Source: Opitutales bacterium
GTDB taxonomy: Bacteria > Verrucomicrobiota > Verrucomicrobiia > Opitutales > UBA2987
Reading direction: 5' to 3'
NCBI GenBank assembly: GCA_965226885.1
Contig: CBDDEL010000017.1
Coordinates: forward strand, 256,001 to 320,000
Length of the DNA: 64,000 bases
Under the pieces are notes generated by a model. It was not told the origin of the DNA, did not search any database, and worked only from the letters and a program-made list of their open reading frames with translations. Below are positions 10,222-20,103 of the stretch, piece after piece (position 1 is the first letter of the stretch; the number at the start of each line of letters is the position of its first letter). A program made the position numbers and the translations under genes.

Positions 10222-11124
10222 ATGAACAGGATTCCCGCCCCGGACACTCTGATGCCCCTACCTGAAACGGCATTGGAGGATAAGGCAATACCGCTGCAAG
10301 AATATTCCTTTCCGCTTCGTTTCAGCATCTTGCGCAACTCCCTCACCGAGGCTGAAAGAAAAGTGGGTGATTACTTCCTTAAAAACCCGAAGGCCGCCTA
10401 CCTATCCATAACAGAGGTAGCGCAGGACAGTTCCTTGGGCTATGGTAGCATCATCCGGTTTTGCCGCAAAATCGGGTGCACGGGGTTCCAGGATTTCAAG
10501 GTCCTGTTAGCTCAGGAATTGACTGCTTTCCAGCAAGCATCGAAAGGGAAAGATTCGGATTTGATCTTCGATTACGGGGAAAAAATTAAAACTGATTTAT
10601 TGAACACGATTCAGTTGCTGGACCGGAATGTCCTGCAAAAGATTGCCCGCTTGCTCAGCCAAACCCGATTCGTTCTCATTTCGGGAGTAGCCGGATCCGC
10701 TGCTTTGGGCCACGGCTTAAACTATCGCCTGAGCCGGGTGGGAATCTGTTCAACGGTGGATTGTGAAGGCTACACCATGGCGATCCGGGCAGCCGCCCTG
10801 GAACCGTGGGACATCTTCTTTGCTATTAGTTTTTCCGGTGCGACAAAAGATTTGCTCAGTTCTGTTGAAATCGCGAAAGAACGGGGCGCAAAAATCATTG
10901 CATTAACTAATTTTATCCAGTCGCCGCTGGTAGATTTAGCTGATTACAGCCTCTTTGGGGCCACCGACCGCGATCCCTTTTCCTGCGAGGTATTCTCCAA
11001 TGTGACGAGAGATTTTGTGCTCGATCTTCTTTTTGTTCAAATATGTGAAACCCATCCTCAAGCCCATGAAACAATACAGCGAACTTTCGAAGCGATTTCC
11101 GGGCGGCGCGGCGCATTTGAATAA
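10222..11124 (+). CDS. MurR/RpiR-family transcriptional regulator
   Basis: HTH LTEAERKV..SITEVA..IIRFCRKIGCTGFQDFK plus SIS domain (ISFSGATKDL, GAKIIALT). Confidence 0.92.
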   Translation: MNRIPAPDTLMPLPETALEDKAIPLQEYSFPLRFSILRNSLTEAERKVGDYFLKNPKAAYLSITEVAQDSSLGYGSIIRFCRKIGCTGFQDFKVLLAQELTAFQQASKGKDSDLIFDYGEKIKTDLLNTIQLLDRNVLQKIARLLSQTRFVLISGVAGSAALGHGLNYRLSRVGICSTVDCEGYTMAIRAAALEPWDIFFAISFSGATKDLLSSVEIAKERGAKIIALTNFIQSPLVDLADYSLFGATDRDPFSCEVFSNVTRDFVLDLLFVQICETHPQAHETIQRTFEAISGRRGAFE

Positions 11125-11138
11125 TTGTTTACAAAAAC

Positions 11139-12401
11139 ATGGCGAAAAGTATATCCAATCACCCAAAACCCGGTTTCCGGGCGGCCCAATGGAGAGTTCT
11201 CCTGGCCACCATGTTTTGTTACCTCTTCTATTATACGGGCCGCCAGACTTTGGGGTTCGCCATCCCGGGCATCGAGGCCGAACTCGGATTGAGTAAAAAA
11301 GAGATCGGCTGGATGATAACGGGGCTATTGTGGGCTTATGCCATGGGGCAGGCAGTCAACGGTAATCTGGGAGACAAATTTGGGGGCCGCCGGATGATGA
11401 GTCTCGGTGCCGTGCTCTCCTGTGGTTTTAATTGGATGGTCAGCTTTGGAACAAGTTTTACCGGTCTGTTAATGCCCTGGGTCGCCAATGGTTTTTCCCA
11501 ATCCATGGGATGGGCGCCGGGCAGCAGGGTTTTATCAAACTGGTGGGGCCACCATGAACGAGGGAAAGCCTTCGGGTTTTATGTTTTTGCCGCCGGCATG
11601 TCCTCGGTCCTGGCTTTTGTATCCTCCCTCATTATCCTTGATGTTTTATCCCTCAACTGGAGATGGATTTTTCGCCTTCCCGTTCTCCTCCTTCTGGTGG
11701 GGGGGCTGGCTTACTATTTAATCGTCCGCGACCGCCCGGAAGATCTTGGGTTCCAGTTGGATGAGGACGATGCAAACCATGGGCAAGGCGAGGAGAAAGT
11801 GGCCGTCGGCGAGACTTCCCTCCAACGCTACATGGCCGTGTTGAGCAATTGGCGATTTATGATAGCCAGCATTGGAATCGGGTTTCAGAGCTCCGCCCGG
11901 TATGGATTGATCTATTGGGTGCCGGTACATTTTTTAGGGGCCGATTGGAAAAATTCCGACGCCAAGTGGATCAGTATAGCCTTGCCCGTGGGAATGGCCC
12001 TCGGTGCCCTTACCGGGGGATGGGTATCCGATCGGGTATTTAATTCTGTGCGCTGGAAACTCTACTCTACATTCCTGATCCTGGCCGCGGTAGCTTCCTT
12101 TGCCATGTTCTTCATTCCACGTGACCATTGGGCAGGTATCCTGTTCCTGTTTTTCTGTGGGTTTTTTGCCTACGGATCGCAAGCCGGATTCTGGCCCCTG
12201 GCACCGGATTTACTGGGCTCAAAACGGGCCGGAACAGGCGTGGGAGTAATGAATTTTTTTGCCTACCTATTTGCCGGCCTGGTCAACCCCCTGATCGGGT
12301 GGGTGATCATCTCGAATAATGAAAATACCGCCCTCGTTTTTCCCATAGTGGGCGTAGCTTGTGTGGCCGGCGCAATAACCGGATTATTTGTCAGACGTTA
12401 A
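11139..12401 (+). CDS. MFS transporter, OPA (GlpT/UhpT-like) family
   Basis: YLFYYTGR (OPA Arg), QSMGWAP, WW...ERG and DRPEDLG motifs; about 12 hydrophobic segments. Confidence 0.88.
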   Translation: MAKSISNHPKPGFRAAQWRVLLATMFCYLFYYTGRQTLGFAIPGIEAELGLSKKEIGWMITGLLWAYAMGQAVNGNLGDKFGGRRMMSLGAVLSCGFNWMVSFGTSFTGLLMPWVANGFSQSMGWAPGSRVLSNWWGHHERGKAFGFYVFAAGMSSVLAFVSSLIILDVLSLNWRWIFRLPVLLLLVGGLAYYLIVRDRPEDLGFQLDEDDANHGQGEEKVAVGETSLQRYMAVLSNWRFMIASIGIGFQSSARYGLIYWVPVHFLGADWKNSDAKWISIALPVGMALGALTGGWVSDRVFNSVRWKLYSTFLILAAVASFAMFFIPRDHWAGILFLFFCGFFAYGSQAGFWPLAPDLLGSKRAGTGVGVMNFFAYLFAGLVNPLIGWVIISNNENTALVFPIVGVACVAGAITGLFVRR

Positions 12402-12433
12402 GAGAATTGGAGAAGGGAGAGAGTGCAAATGCT

Positions 12434-13360
12434 ATGAACGAAATAAAACAGAATAATAAAAAGAAAAATCGGGAGCCGATTCTAAAACGGAAGACCGCGA
12501 TTTCCTACAAAACGGAGGAAAAAACGGTCTTGCGCGGTTATAATTTAAGCGACCTGGCGGAAGAAGGTTATTCCTTTTGCGACGCCATGTATGTTTTATT
12601 CCAAGGCAGGATTCCAACCGAACCGGAGGAAAAAATGCTCAAATACGAGATGGGTGAATTCATGGAACACTCCATGTCGCCCTCGGCGGCTTCGGCCATA
12701 GCCGTTACCGCTGGCCGGCCCAACCTGCCTGCTGCCGTAGCTGCCGCCGTTATGACATTCGGCAGCGCCCACGGTCCCGGGGCGGCCCATGGATACATGA
12801 TGAACATCTACCTGGAGCGTGCCCGCAAAGAGGGAAAGTCCCTTGATGAAATGGCCAAAATTCTGGTCGATGAATACATGGATAACAATGTGCCCGTAAT
12901 GGGCATGGGCCAGCCGCAGCATCGCGACGGAGATCCTCGGGCCGAACCCACCCACCTCAAACAGGAAGAATTGGAGATCGACGGCCTCTACCTCGAATTT
13001 CAGCGGGCGATTGAAAAACACTTTCACGCCAGGAGAAAAAAAGAAAATCGCTCCTATGTGCCGGTCAACTGTGTGGGAGCGGGCAATACGGCCCTCTGCG
13101 ACATCGGGTTTGCCCCCAACGCGGCTTGGTGCATCGGCAGCGTGGTGCGTGGCTATAGTTGCGCCGCCCACGCCGTTTACACCTTGAAAAAAGGCCGGGC
13201 CTGGGCGGCCTCCAGAAATGAGCCCATGGTGCAGATGCTGGACCTTTCCATGATTAATTATATTGGCCCGGCAGATCGTCCGGTACCGACTCAGGAAGAA
13301 CGGCAAGAATATGCCAAAAAACAAAAAGAAGACGGAGAGTATAAAAAATGGGTAATTTAA
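12434..13360 (+). CDS. Citrate-synthase-fold (citryl-CoA-lyase-like) protein, subunit A, divergent active site
   Basis: TAIS..LRGYNL.DL, EHSMSPS, FGSAHG, MGMGQPQH..DPRA, VNCVGA and YIGPADRPVP. Confidence 0.75.
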   Translation: MNEIKQNNKKKNREPILKRKTAISYKTEEKTVLRGYNLSDLAEEGYSFCDAMYVLFQGRIPTEPEEKMLKYEMGEFMEHSMSPSAASAIAVTAGRPNLPAAVAAAVMTFGSAHGPGAAHGYMMNIYLERARKEGKSLDEMAKILVDEYMDNNVPVMGMGQPQHRDGDPRAEPTHLKQEELEIDGLYLEFQRAIEKHFHARRKKENRSYVPVNCVGAGNTALCDIGFAPNAAWCIGSVVRGYSCAAHAVYTLKKGRAWAASRNEPMVQMLDLSMINYIGPADRPVPTQEERQEYAKKQKEDGEYKKWVI

Positions 13361-14382
13361 ATGAGAAAAAAATCGGCAATCTCTCGGACCCGAAATTGCC
13401 CTATCCTTACATTGGCCGGGAATACGGCACGATTCCGCTGGACGCCTCCCGCCGACCCTTTCAATGGGTATCGGAAGTAGCCTATAAAAACATTCATCGC
13501 ATCGTTACAAGAGGATATGACACGACCGAACTGGTCGAGGAAGGCTATGGCGTAGTGGACATCCTCTTTGTCGATTTCCAGGCCAGGATTCCCACTCTTG
13601 AGGAAGAAAAAATGTTAAACTACATTATGATTCTTTCCCTCGAAGATGGTCTTTCCATGCCCGCCATCATGTCACGTCTGGTGGCCAAATCGAAAACCTT
13701 CCTGACTCAGGCTTGCGGCAGTGCCATCCTCGCTTTCGGTCATGCCTATGGGGCTTATTCGGCTTTCGGCGACATGCTCGGCGAATACCTGGCAAGGGCT
13801 CGAAAAGAGGATTTGTCCCTATCGCAGATGGCAGAAATTCTTGTGCGGGAACGACTGCCGGGTGAAATACTTGGAGTCTCCGACCTGATGCTGGAAGATC
13901 CCGCTGCCCAACGATTGCTGGCCAGAGCGGAAAAACTGGGAGTGGCCGGAGAGTCTATCGCCTTTCTCGGTGAAATCGCCAAATCCGCCCGGGAACAAGG
14001 AGAATCGCCCGTCGATGTGGACCTACTCGGGGCCATAGGTGCCACCATGATGGACCTTGGTTTTACTCCCGAAGCCACCTGGACGATTATCGCGGTGACA
14101 CGATCTTTTGGAGCTGGGGCTCATTTCATCGAGGAAATCGAGCGTGAGGACTTTAACCGTTTAGGTGAAACACTCACTCCCAAGGAGTTTTACGATGGTC
14201 CCGAGGACCGTCCCGTGCCGCCGCTGGCAGATCGCCACAAAACGGCCCAACCTGCCCAGACTCACACACTGGAGGACTGGAGGGAATCATTTGAGAAAAG
14301 AAAACAGCTTCCCGGAAGTGGATTCTCCATTGTGGAAGAAATTGAAGATCCGACCAAAAAAGGAGTTAAAGAGAAACGATGA
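13348..14382 (+). CDS. Citrate-synthase-fold (citryl-CoA-lyase-like) protein, subunit B, degenerate paralogue
   Basis: RGYDTTELVEEGY, RIPT.EEEKML.Y, FGHAYG, GAIGA.MMDLGF and YDGPEDRPVP align with subunit A; overlaps both neighbouring genes. Confidence 0.7.
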   Translation: MGNLNEKKIGNLSDPKLPYPYIGREYGTIPLDASRRPFQWVSEVAYKNIHRIVTRGYDTTELVEEGYGVVDILFVDFQARIPTLEEEKMLNYIMILSLEDGLSMPAIMSRLVAKSKTFLTQACGSAILAFGHAYGAYSAFGDMLGEYLARARKEDLSLSQMAEILVRERLPGEILGVSDLMLEDPAAQRLLARAEKLGVAGESIAFLGEIAKSAREQGESPVDVDLLGAIGATMMDLGFTPEATWTIIAVTRSFGAGAHFIEEIEREDFNRLGETLTPKEFYDGPEDRPVPPLADRHKTAQPAQTHTLEDWRESFEKRKQLPGSGFSIVEEIEDPTKKGVKEKR

Positions 14383-15770
14383 GAGGCAATATTGATGAAA
14401 TGTATGCCAGAGCCCGCCAAGCTTTTCGGGAGGTCGAATACTGGCCTCAGGAAAAAGTCGATGAAATGGTGGCGGCGGCCGGTTGGGAATGGCAAAAGGA
14501 AGAAAACCGAAAAACATTGGCCAAACTCGCGGTGGAGGAATCCCGCGGTATCGGTATTTACGAGGACAAAGTAGCCAAGATTCGCACTAAAGTGTGCGGG
14601 ACCCTGCGAGACCAGCTGGGCGCAAAAACTTGCGGTTTGGTTAATGAGGATAAAACCAAAGGCCTGAAAACTTTCGCCAAACCTATGGGCGTGGTCGCCG
14701 TTGTCGTCCCTTGCACCAACCCGGAATCGACCGTTTGCTGTCTCGGCCTGAGCCTCTTGAAAACACGCAATGCCATGATCGTTTCCCCGCATCCCCGGAC
14801 GCCGCAAAGTACCTGGCAAACAGTGGAATACGGGAGAGCAGCGCTACGTAAAGTGGGCGCTCCAGAGGATCTGTTGCAATGCATTGAGCTACCCAGCCAC
14901 GAAATGACCCATGAATTGATGGCGCGATGCGATTTTGCGGTGGCCACGGGGGGAGCGGCTCTGGTCAGGGTCGTTTACGAGGCTGGCAGACCTTGCCACA
15001 CTGTTGGGGCCGGGAACGTCGTTTCGATTATTGATAAAACGGTCGATCTCAAAGATACGGCAGCCAAAATCGTTAAATCCAAAGCAGCCAATAATTCAGC
15101 CTCCTGTTCCTCTGAAAACGCCGTTGCCATTGAAGAGGTCGTTTACGATGAAATGATGGAGGCACTGCAAAAAGAAGGCTGTTATCTATGCACAGACGAA
15201 GAACGTGAAAGGCTGAGAAAGTATTACTGGCCCGACGGCCAAAATCTTAACCGGGAGGTGGTGGCCAAGCCGGCTTCCGTTATTGCCGAAAAAGTGGGTA
15301 TCGAAATCCCCCACGGCACACGGGTTATCATGGTCATAGGCATTAAACCAGGCCCCGAAGACCGTTTCTCCGGCGAAAAGATTTCCCCCCTTTTAACGGT
15401 ATGGAAATGGCAGGATTTTAAAGAAATAATAGAGCGGGTAAAAGAAATCCTCCGGTTTTCCGGAGAGGGACATTCCGTTTCGCTGCACAGCAAACTGGAA
15501 GAGCGTCAAGACGAACTGGCTACGCAAGTCAATGTCGGCCGGGTCATTTGCAACATGGGTCACACGGCCGGCAACAGCGGTGGATGGGCCAGCGGAATTG
15601 CCACCACAGATAGTCTTGGATGCGGTTCCTGGGCCGGTAACATGACCTCCGACAATATCGACTGGAGGCATTTCCTCAACTACACTTGGGTATCAATCCC
15701 CATTCCCGAACGCATCCCGACAGATGAGGAGTTGTTCGGCCAATATCTGAAAAAATGGGAATCCGATTAG
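14379..15770 (+). CDS. CoA-acylating aldehyde dehydrogenase (SauS/SucD/EutE-like)
   Basis: PCTNP, SPHPR, ATGGAALV, GAGN, catalytic CSSEN, EKISP and LGCGSWAGN. Confidence 0.88.
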   Translation: MRGNIDEMYARARQAFREVEYWPQEKVDEMVAAAGWEWQKEENRKTLAKLAVEESRGIGIYEDKVAKIRTKVCGTLRDQLGAKTCGLVNEDKTKGLKTFAKPMGVVAVVVPCTNPESTVCCLGLSLLKTRNAMIVSPHPRTPQSTWQTVEYGRAALRKVGAPEDLLQCIELPSHEMTHELMARCDFAVATGGAALVRVVYEAGRPCHTVGAGNVVSIIDKTVDLKDTAAKIVKSKAANNSASCSSENAVAIEEVVYDEMMEALQKEGCYLCTDEERERLRKYYWPDGQNLNREVVAKPASVIAEKVGIEIPHGTRVIMVIGIKPGPEDRFSGEKISPLLTVWKWQDFKEIIERVKEILRFSGEGHSVSLHSKLEERQDELATQVNVGRVICNMGHTAGNSGGWASGIATTDSLGCGSWAGNMTSDNIDWRHFLNYTWVSIPIPERIPTDEELFGQYLKKWESD

Positions 15771-15776
15771 AAGCGG

Positions 15777-18047
15777 TTAATCGTAAAAGATAACGGTGGA
15801 ATCGGAATAGCGAAAGAAAGCTCGTCTTTCGGCCGGTTTGTCAAAAAAGAACATCCAACCCTGATCGTCAAAAAAGTAGAGAATTGGATATAATGAGCGA
15901 TTGGTGTAAATCCAGATTCCAATGACCGGATCGTATAAAAAAATATTTTCGCGGTCGGATAGCGGCGAGATGTAAGTGAACTTATGTTGCGGGTGATAAA
16001 TCCAGGGTTGGAAGCTGGTGTTGTAATCGCCGAACCAGGGGGACTGGAACCAATCCTCCAGCTCTAAAATGGGATTGCAGGCGCCTCCCAGCGGGATGAT
16101 ATCTTCGCGAAGGACCGCCTCACCTCCAATGATCGTCACTTTGTCGAATCCAAGAATTTCGTTGCCCGCGCCAGAGGTTGCTTTCAGGACGATTCGCAGT
16201 TGCAGCGTATTTCCGGTAGCGTTGACCAGGAATGACAATTTGCTAAACATATTGCCAATAGGGGTTTCCTCAGGAGAAATCAAGGGGCCATTTTCGACGC
16301 TGGATTGAAGACGCCCGATCTCCTCAAAGGGTCCATTGTCGATGCTCGCCTGGATTGCCATTTTGTCTCCGTTTGACATCGAGTTGTCGAAGCCGCCGGG
16401 ATCGGAAGCGGCCACCAGGAGGGTTACCTCAATGCCGGTAAGACCCGTGATCGGGAGCGGGTCAAAAACCACTGCGCCCATGCCTGAAAAGCCAAGCAAA
16501 GCATCTCCATCATCAAATCCGGTATAGCCCCCCTGTCCGTCGATATTTTCGGCCGAAAAATACCAGTCCCCGTCAGGGCTGGCAAAATTGCCATCCGCCG
16601 AAGAGCGATGAAAATAGGCATTGAAGCGCGTGATTGCCGCACCCATAATGTTGTAGCGAGTTCCATCGCCATCAGTCTCGAAAGATTCTTCGAGAAGCAC
16701 AACCGGCAACCCTGAAACACTGATTTGCCGGGAACTAGACGTGGTAGGCGCAAATACCTCATTACCCGTTTGTTCGGCCAGCAGATTAGTCGAACCCGTG
16801 CCGACAATCGTCAGCGTTGAGCCCGATACGGTGGCCACATCGGGATTTGAACTACTGTAGGTAATGGGCAATCCGGTTAGATTTCCCCTCATTTTGAGAT
16901 CCGCAATAAAGGCATGGTGGTCGGAAATATAGGATGTCGCCTGCTGCTCGGGATATCGATTCGCACCCGCCGCAATGCTGGGATGCGGTGATGGCATGGT
17001 CGTCGATGGGTCATCCTGGGCATGATATACCTCCACTCCGGTGGCGATAAACTCACTGTTTTCATGGACGACCCAGTCGATCCTTTTAGAGGACTCCCCG
17101 AAGACGTTTTGGCGGGTATGCAGTGAATCTGGTCCAGGCCCGAAACCGAGCCTGGGAACCACCCCGGAACTGACTGCCGAATCCATCAACCCGATATCCC
17201 AGAGCGGTTGGAGTTGCAGGGTGCCATCCGGCATCTTGTGCTGCGGTTCAACATTGAGATCGCCAATCAGGATAACCGGATTGTTGGCAGCGGCGAGGGC
17301 CGGAGCGGCATTGAGTTCACTGTATTGAATAGACCCATCGGCTGGTTCAGGAAGATCGACATCGAAATGGGCGGTAAAAACATCTATGGTTCGAGAACTG
17401 TTGGTCAAAGTCGTTTTAATCATCGACTTGATATCGCTGCCAAGACTTGTGGAATGGATGGAGGGATCGCCCACCAGAGTCCACGGAGAGCGGTAAAAGG
17501 TGGCCACCCCCCACCAGTCTCCCCCGGAGGAACCCGTTAAACCAATATTATGGGTCCAGAATTGATAGTCCCAGACATCCTCGCTCTCAAGATTGTTGAG
17601 TGTGGTTTTTATGATTTCCGACTGCTCTGAATCCCTTCTGCCAACGCGCCCGTCATTGACGGTTTTTTGCCCGCCGATCACCTCCTGAAGACCAAATATA
17701 TCCAGGTTTTGTTGAAAAATACGTTCCGCGATTTCAGGTATAATAAGCGGCCATAATTCCGGCTCAGTGTATTGGGTGGAAATGCCTCCCGAAGTGGTGG
17801 CGGCATACCCGCCGATACCGGTATGGATGTTGAAACTCATGACCCTGATGGCGTCCCCTTCGAAATCAAAACTTTCTGCTTCGAGTTCAATATCCTCGTC
17901 ATCGATGCAAAACCGCAAGGGCGGCTCAAAAATCACGGTTTGGGGTTTTTGTGAAAGGGCCAATGGGGCGGTAATTATTAAGAAAAGAAACGCCACACCA
18001 TAGGTATAAGCATTAGCATTTATACATTTATTTAAGAATAGAGTCAT
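15777..18047 (-). CDS. Secreted endonuclease/exonuclease/phosphatase (EEP) domain protein with Ig-like and Trp-rich C-terminal domains
   Basis: Signal peptide; MSFNI, LQEV, IGDLN, RIDW and SDH motifs; GLPITYSSSNPDVATVSG Ig-like segment; WFGD..PWIYH tail. Confidence 0.82.
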   Translation of the reverse strand: MTLFLNKCINANAYTYGVAFLFLIITAPLALSQKPQTVIFEPPLRFCIDDEDIELEAESFDFEGDAIRVMSFNIHTGIGGYAATTSGGISTQYTEPELWPLIIPEIAERIFQQNLDIFGLQEVIGGQKTVNDGRVGRRDSEQSEIIKTTLNNLESEDVWDYQFWTHNIGLTGSSGGDWWGVATFYRSPWTLVGDPSIHSTSLGSDIKSMIKTTLTNSSRTIDVFTAHFDVDLPEPADGSIQYSELNAAPALAAANNPVILIGDLNVEPQHKMPDGTLQLQPLWDIGLMDSAVSSGVVPRLGFGPGPDSLHTRQNVFGESSKRIDWVVHENSEFIATGVEVYHAQDDPSTTMPSPHPSIAAGANRYPEQQATSYISDHHAFIADLKMRGNLTGLPITYSSSNPDVATVSGSTLTIVGTGSTNLLAEQTGNEVFAPTTSSSRQISVSGLPVVLLEESFETDGDGTRYNIMGAAITRFNAYFHRSSADGNFASPDGDWYFSAENIDGQGGYTGFDDGDALLGFSGMGAVVFDPLPITGLTGIEVTLLVAASDPGGFDNSMSNGDKMAIQASIDNGPFEEIGRLQSSVENGPLISPEETPIGNMFSKLSFLVNATGNTLQLRIVLKATSGAGNEILGFDKVTIIGGEAVLREDIIPLGGACNPILELEDWFQSPWFGDYNTSFQPWIYHPQHKFTYISPLSDRENIFLYDPVIGIWIYTNRSLYPILYFFDDQGWMFFFDKPAERRAFFRYSDSTVIFYD

Positions 18048-18280
18048 GACAAATTGAATCAGTTTGATCAAGGAAGGTATTTTCGGATGACAGAGTACCA
18101 TACCTTATACCCCATCCCATTTAAGTGCAAACCCTCCGCAGTAAGATCCTTACGTAGCGAACCACTATCATCTTTAAAATGTGGAACCAAATCGACCCAG
18201 TTAACACCTGAAGTATCAGCAAGAGCCGCCAGTTCTGTATTTAATTGATCAATGGTGCCATTATTTCGAGAACCCCAGGT

Positions 18281-19613
18281 TGAAATGGACGGGGAAAACT
18301 GGACAGTGGAATAAGGTGGTCTTGAACCACTAAATCCGCTAACCTATGAATGTTATTAAATCACGAAAGAGAAGACAATACAGTGCTGAGTTTAAAGCCC
18401 GAGTGGCCCTGGAAGCCATCAGGGGCGCTCATACCATCAACGAGATCGCCGGTCGTTTTGAGGTGCATCCCAACCAGGTGACCCAATGGAAGAAGCAGCT
18501 TTTGCAGGGAGCAACGGAGCTGTTTTCGCGCCAGCGGCAGACTCTCAGCAAGGACAACGAGACGGAAAAAGATCACCTTTACCAGGAGATTGGAAAGCTG
18601 AAAGTAGAATGCGATTGGCTAAAAAAAAAGTCTGAACAATTCGGTTGGTGAGAGGCGCAAGATGGTGCAACCACTTCAAGGAAAAATCAGTATCGGCAGG
18701 CAATGTCAGTTGCTGGGGCTGGCCCGCGGCAGCTATTACTATCGGGCCCGTGCCCAGTGCGAGCAGAACGTTCTCTACATGCATCGCATGGATGAGCTCT
18801 ACACCCAATATCCGTTTTTTGGTTCTCGCCGGATGACCCAGTGGCTGCGTCGAGAGGGCCATGCAGTGGGACGAGGCCGCATCCAGCGGCTCATGCGCCA
18901 AATGGGCCTGGAGGCTATTTATCCGCGTCGAAACTTGAGCCAGGGGCACCGGCAGCACCGCATTTTCCCTTATCTGCTGCGGGGTTTGGCGGTCGAGCGG
19001 CCCGACCAGGTATGGTGCAGCGACATCACTTACCTGCGGCTGAGCCGAGGATTCCTTTTCTTGACCGTGGTGTTGGACTGGTTCAGCCGCTACGTGTTGA
19101 GCTGGCAGCTTTCCAACACCCTGGAGAGCCGCTTCTGTGTGCTCGCCCTGGAGGAAGCTCTGAGGCGGGCCCAACCTCAAATCTTCAACACCGATCAAGG
19201 CAGCCAGTTTACCGGCAGCGAGTTCACCTCGGTGCTGGGGCAAGCCGGGGTGCGCATCAGCATGGACGGGCGTGGCCGCTACCTGGACAACATATTTGTT
19301 GAACGCTTTTGGAGAACCCTCAAGTATGAAGACATTTACCTGCGCGAATACGCCACGGCAAAGGAAGCCAGCGAAGGGATAGCCCGCTACCTGGACTTCT
19401 ACAACCACCTGCGCCCCCACCAAGCCCTGGGCTACCGGACCCCGGCCGAAGTCCATGCAATCGGAGCAAAACCAACCTCCCCGCCAATACAGCTTGCGGG
19501 CACCTGCGTGCCCGTCTTTGGCTAAGGACAAAATATATTTTTAAAAAATAATATGAACACGATTTCCACCTTAATCCCACGTCAAAATTGTCCAAACAAC
19601 CCCGTCCACTTCA
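18281..19613 (+). mobile_element. IS3-family element type B, copy 1
   Basis: Ends TGAAATGGACGGGG / CCCCGTCCACTTCA; 3-bp TSD GGT; A9 frameshift run between orfA and orfB. Confidence 0.93.
18346..19525 (+). CDS. IS3-family transposase OrfAB (orfA 18346-18651, orfB to 19525; programmed -1 frameshift)
   Basis: HTH orfA; rve motifs WCSDITY, TDQGSQF, DNIFVERFWRTLKYE. Confidence 0.9.
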
Positions 19614-20103
19614 GGTATCATCCCAAACCGGTAGCACGCTCTGTAGGTAAACCTTCGTCTGAGGACTCTTTTTCTTAATAAATTCGAGGATTTCCCCTAT
19701 TTTATCCCGGACTTCAGTGACGGATTTTTCCCGGTCGAGGTCGTTGGTACCAATCATTAGAAAAACTATTGCCAGTTTGCCCTCGGTAACCTCTTCGATT
19801 CGTTTCATCACGCCCCAGGCAGTATCGCTGGAGATTCCACGGTTGGTTACCTGCTCCAATCCGGTCAATTCGCGCCATTCACAGCCATCGGTGATACTGT
19901 CCCCGAGAAAACATATTTCGCCTTCTGGATTGGGCAAACTTCGGAATAAAGAAACCCTGTGTTTCCAGTAACCCGAAAATTCTGTGATATTTTTCTGCCC
20001 AAATCCCGAATGGGAAATGAGAATCAGCAGTGTTATGGCCAACAGGTTGTACTTTAGTTTCATCATGGTTTAAAAAATTAATGGCGCATACCATAATTAC
20101 CTA

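Larger units (their letters stand above)
18068..20066 (-). pseudogene. GDSL/SGNH hydrolase interrupted by an IS3-family element
   Basis: FLGDSIT, NRGISSD and MIGTND at 19614-20066; the frame continues below 18280 as TWGSRN...TAEGLHLN..GY to TGA at 18068. Confidence 0.88.

Noticed and set aside
12434..14382. Housekeeping citrate synthase or ATP-citrate lyase
   Set aside because: The catalytic His/Asp motifs are altered, and no citryl-CoA synthetase or TCA genes are adjacent.
18545..19531. 328-aa minus-strand ORF (repeated at 35966-36952)
   Set aside because: Antisense to IS3 orfB; it recurs only because the IS does.
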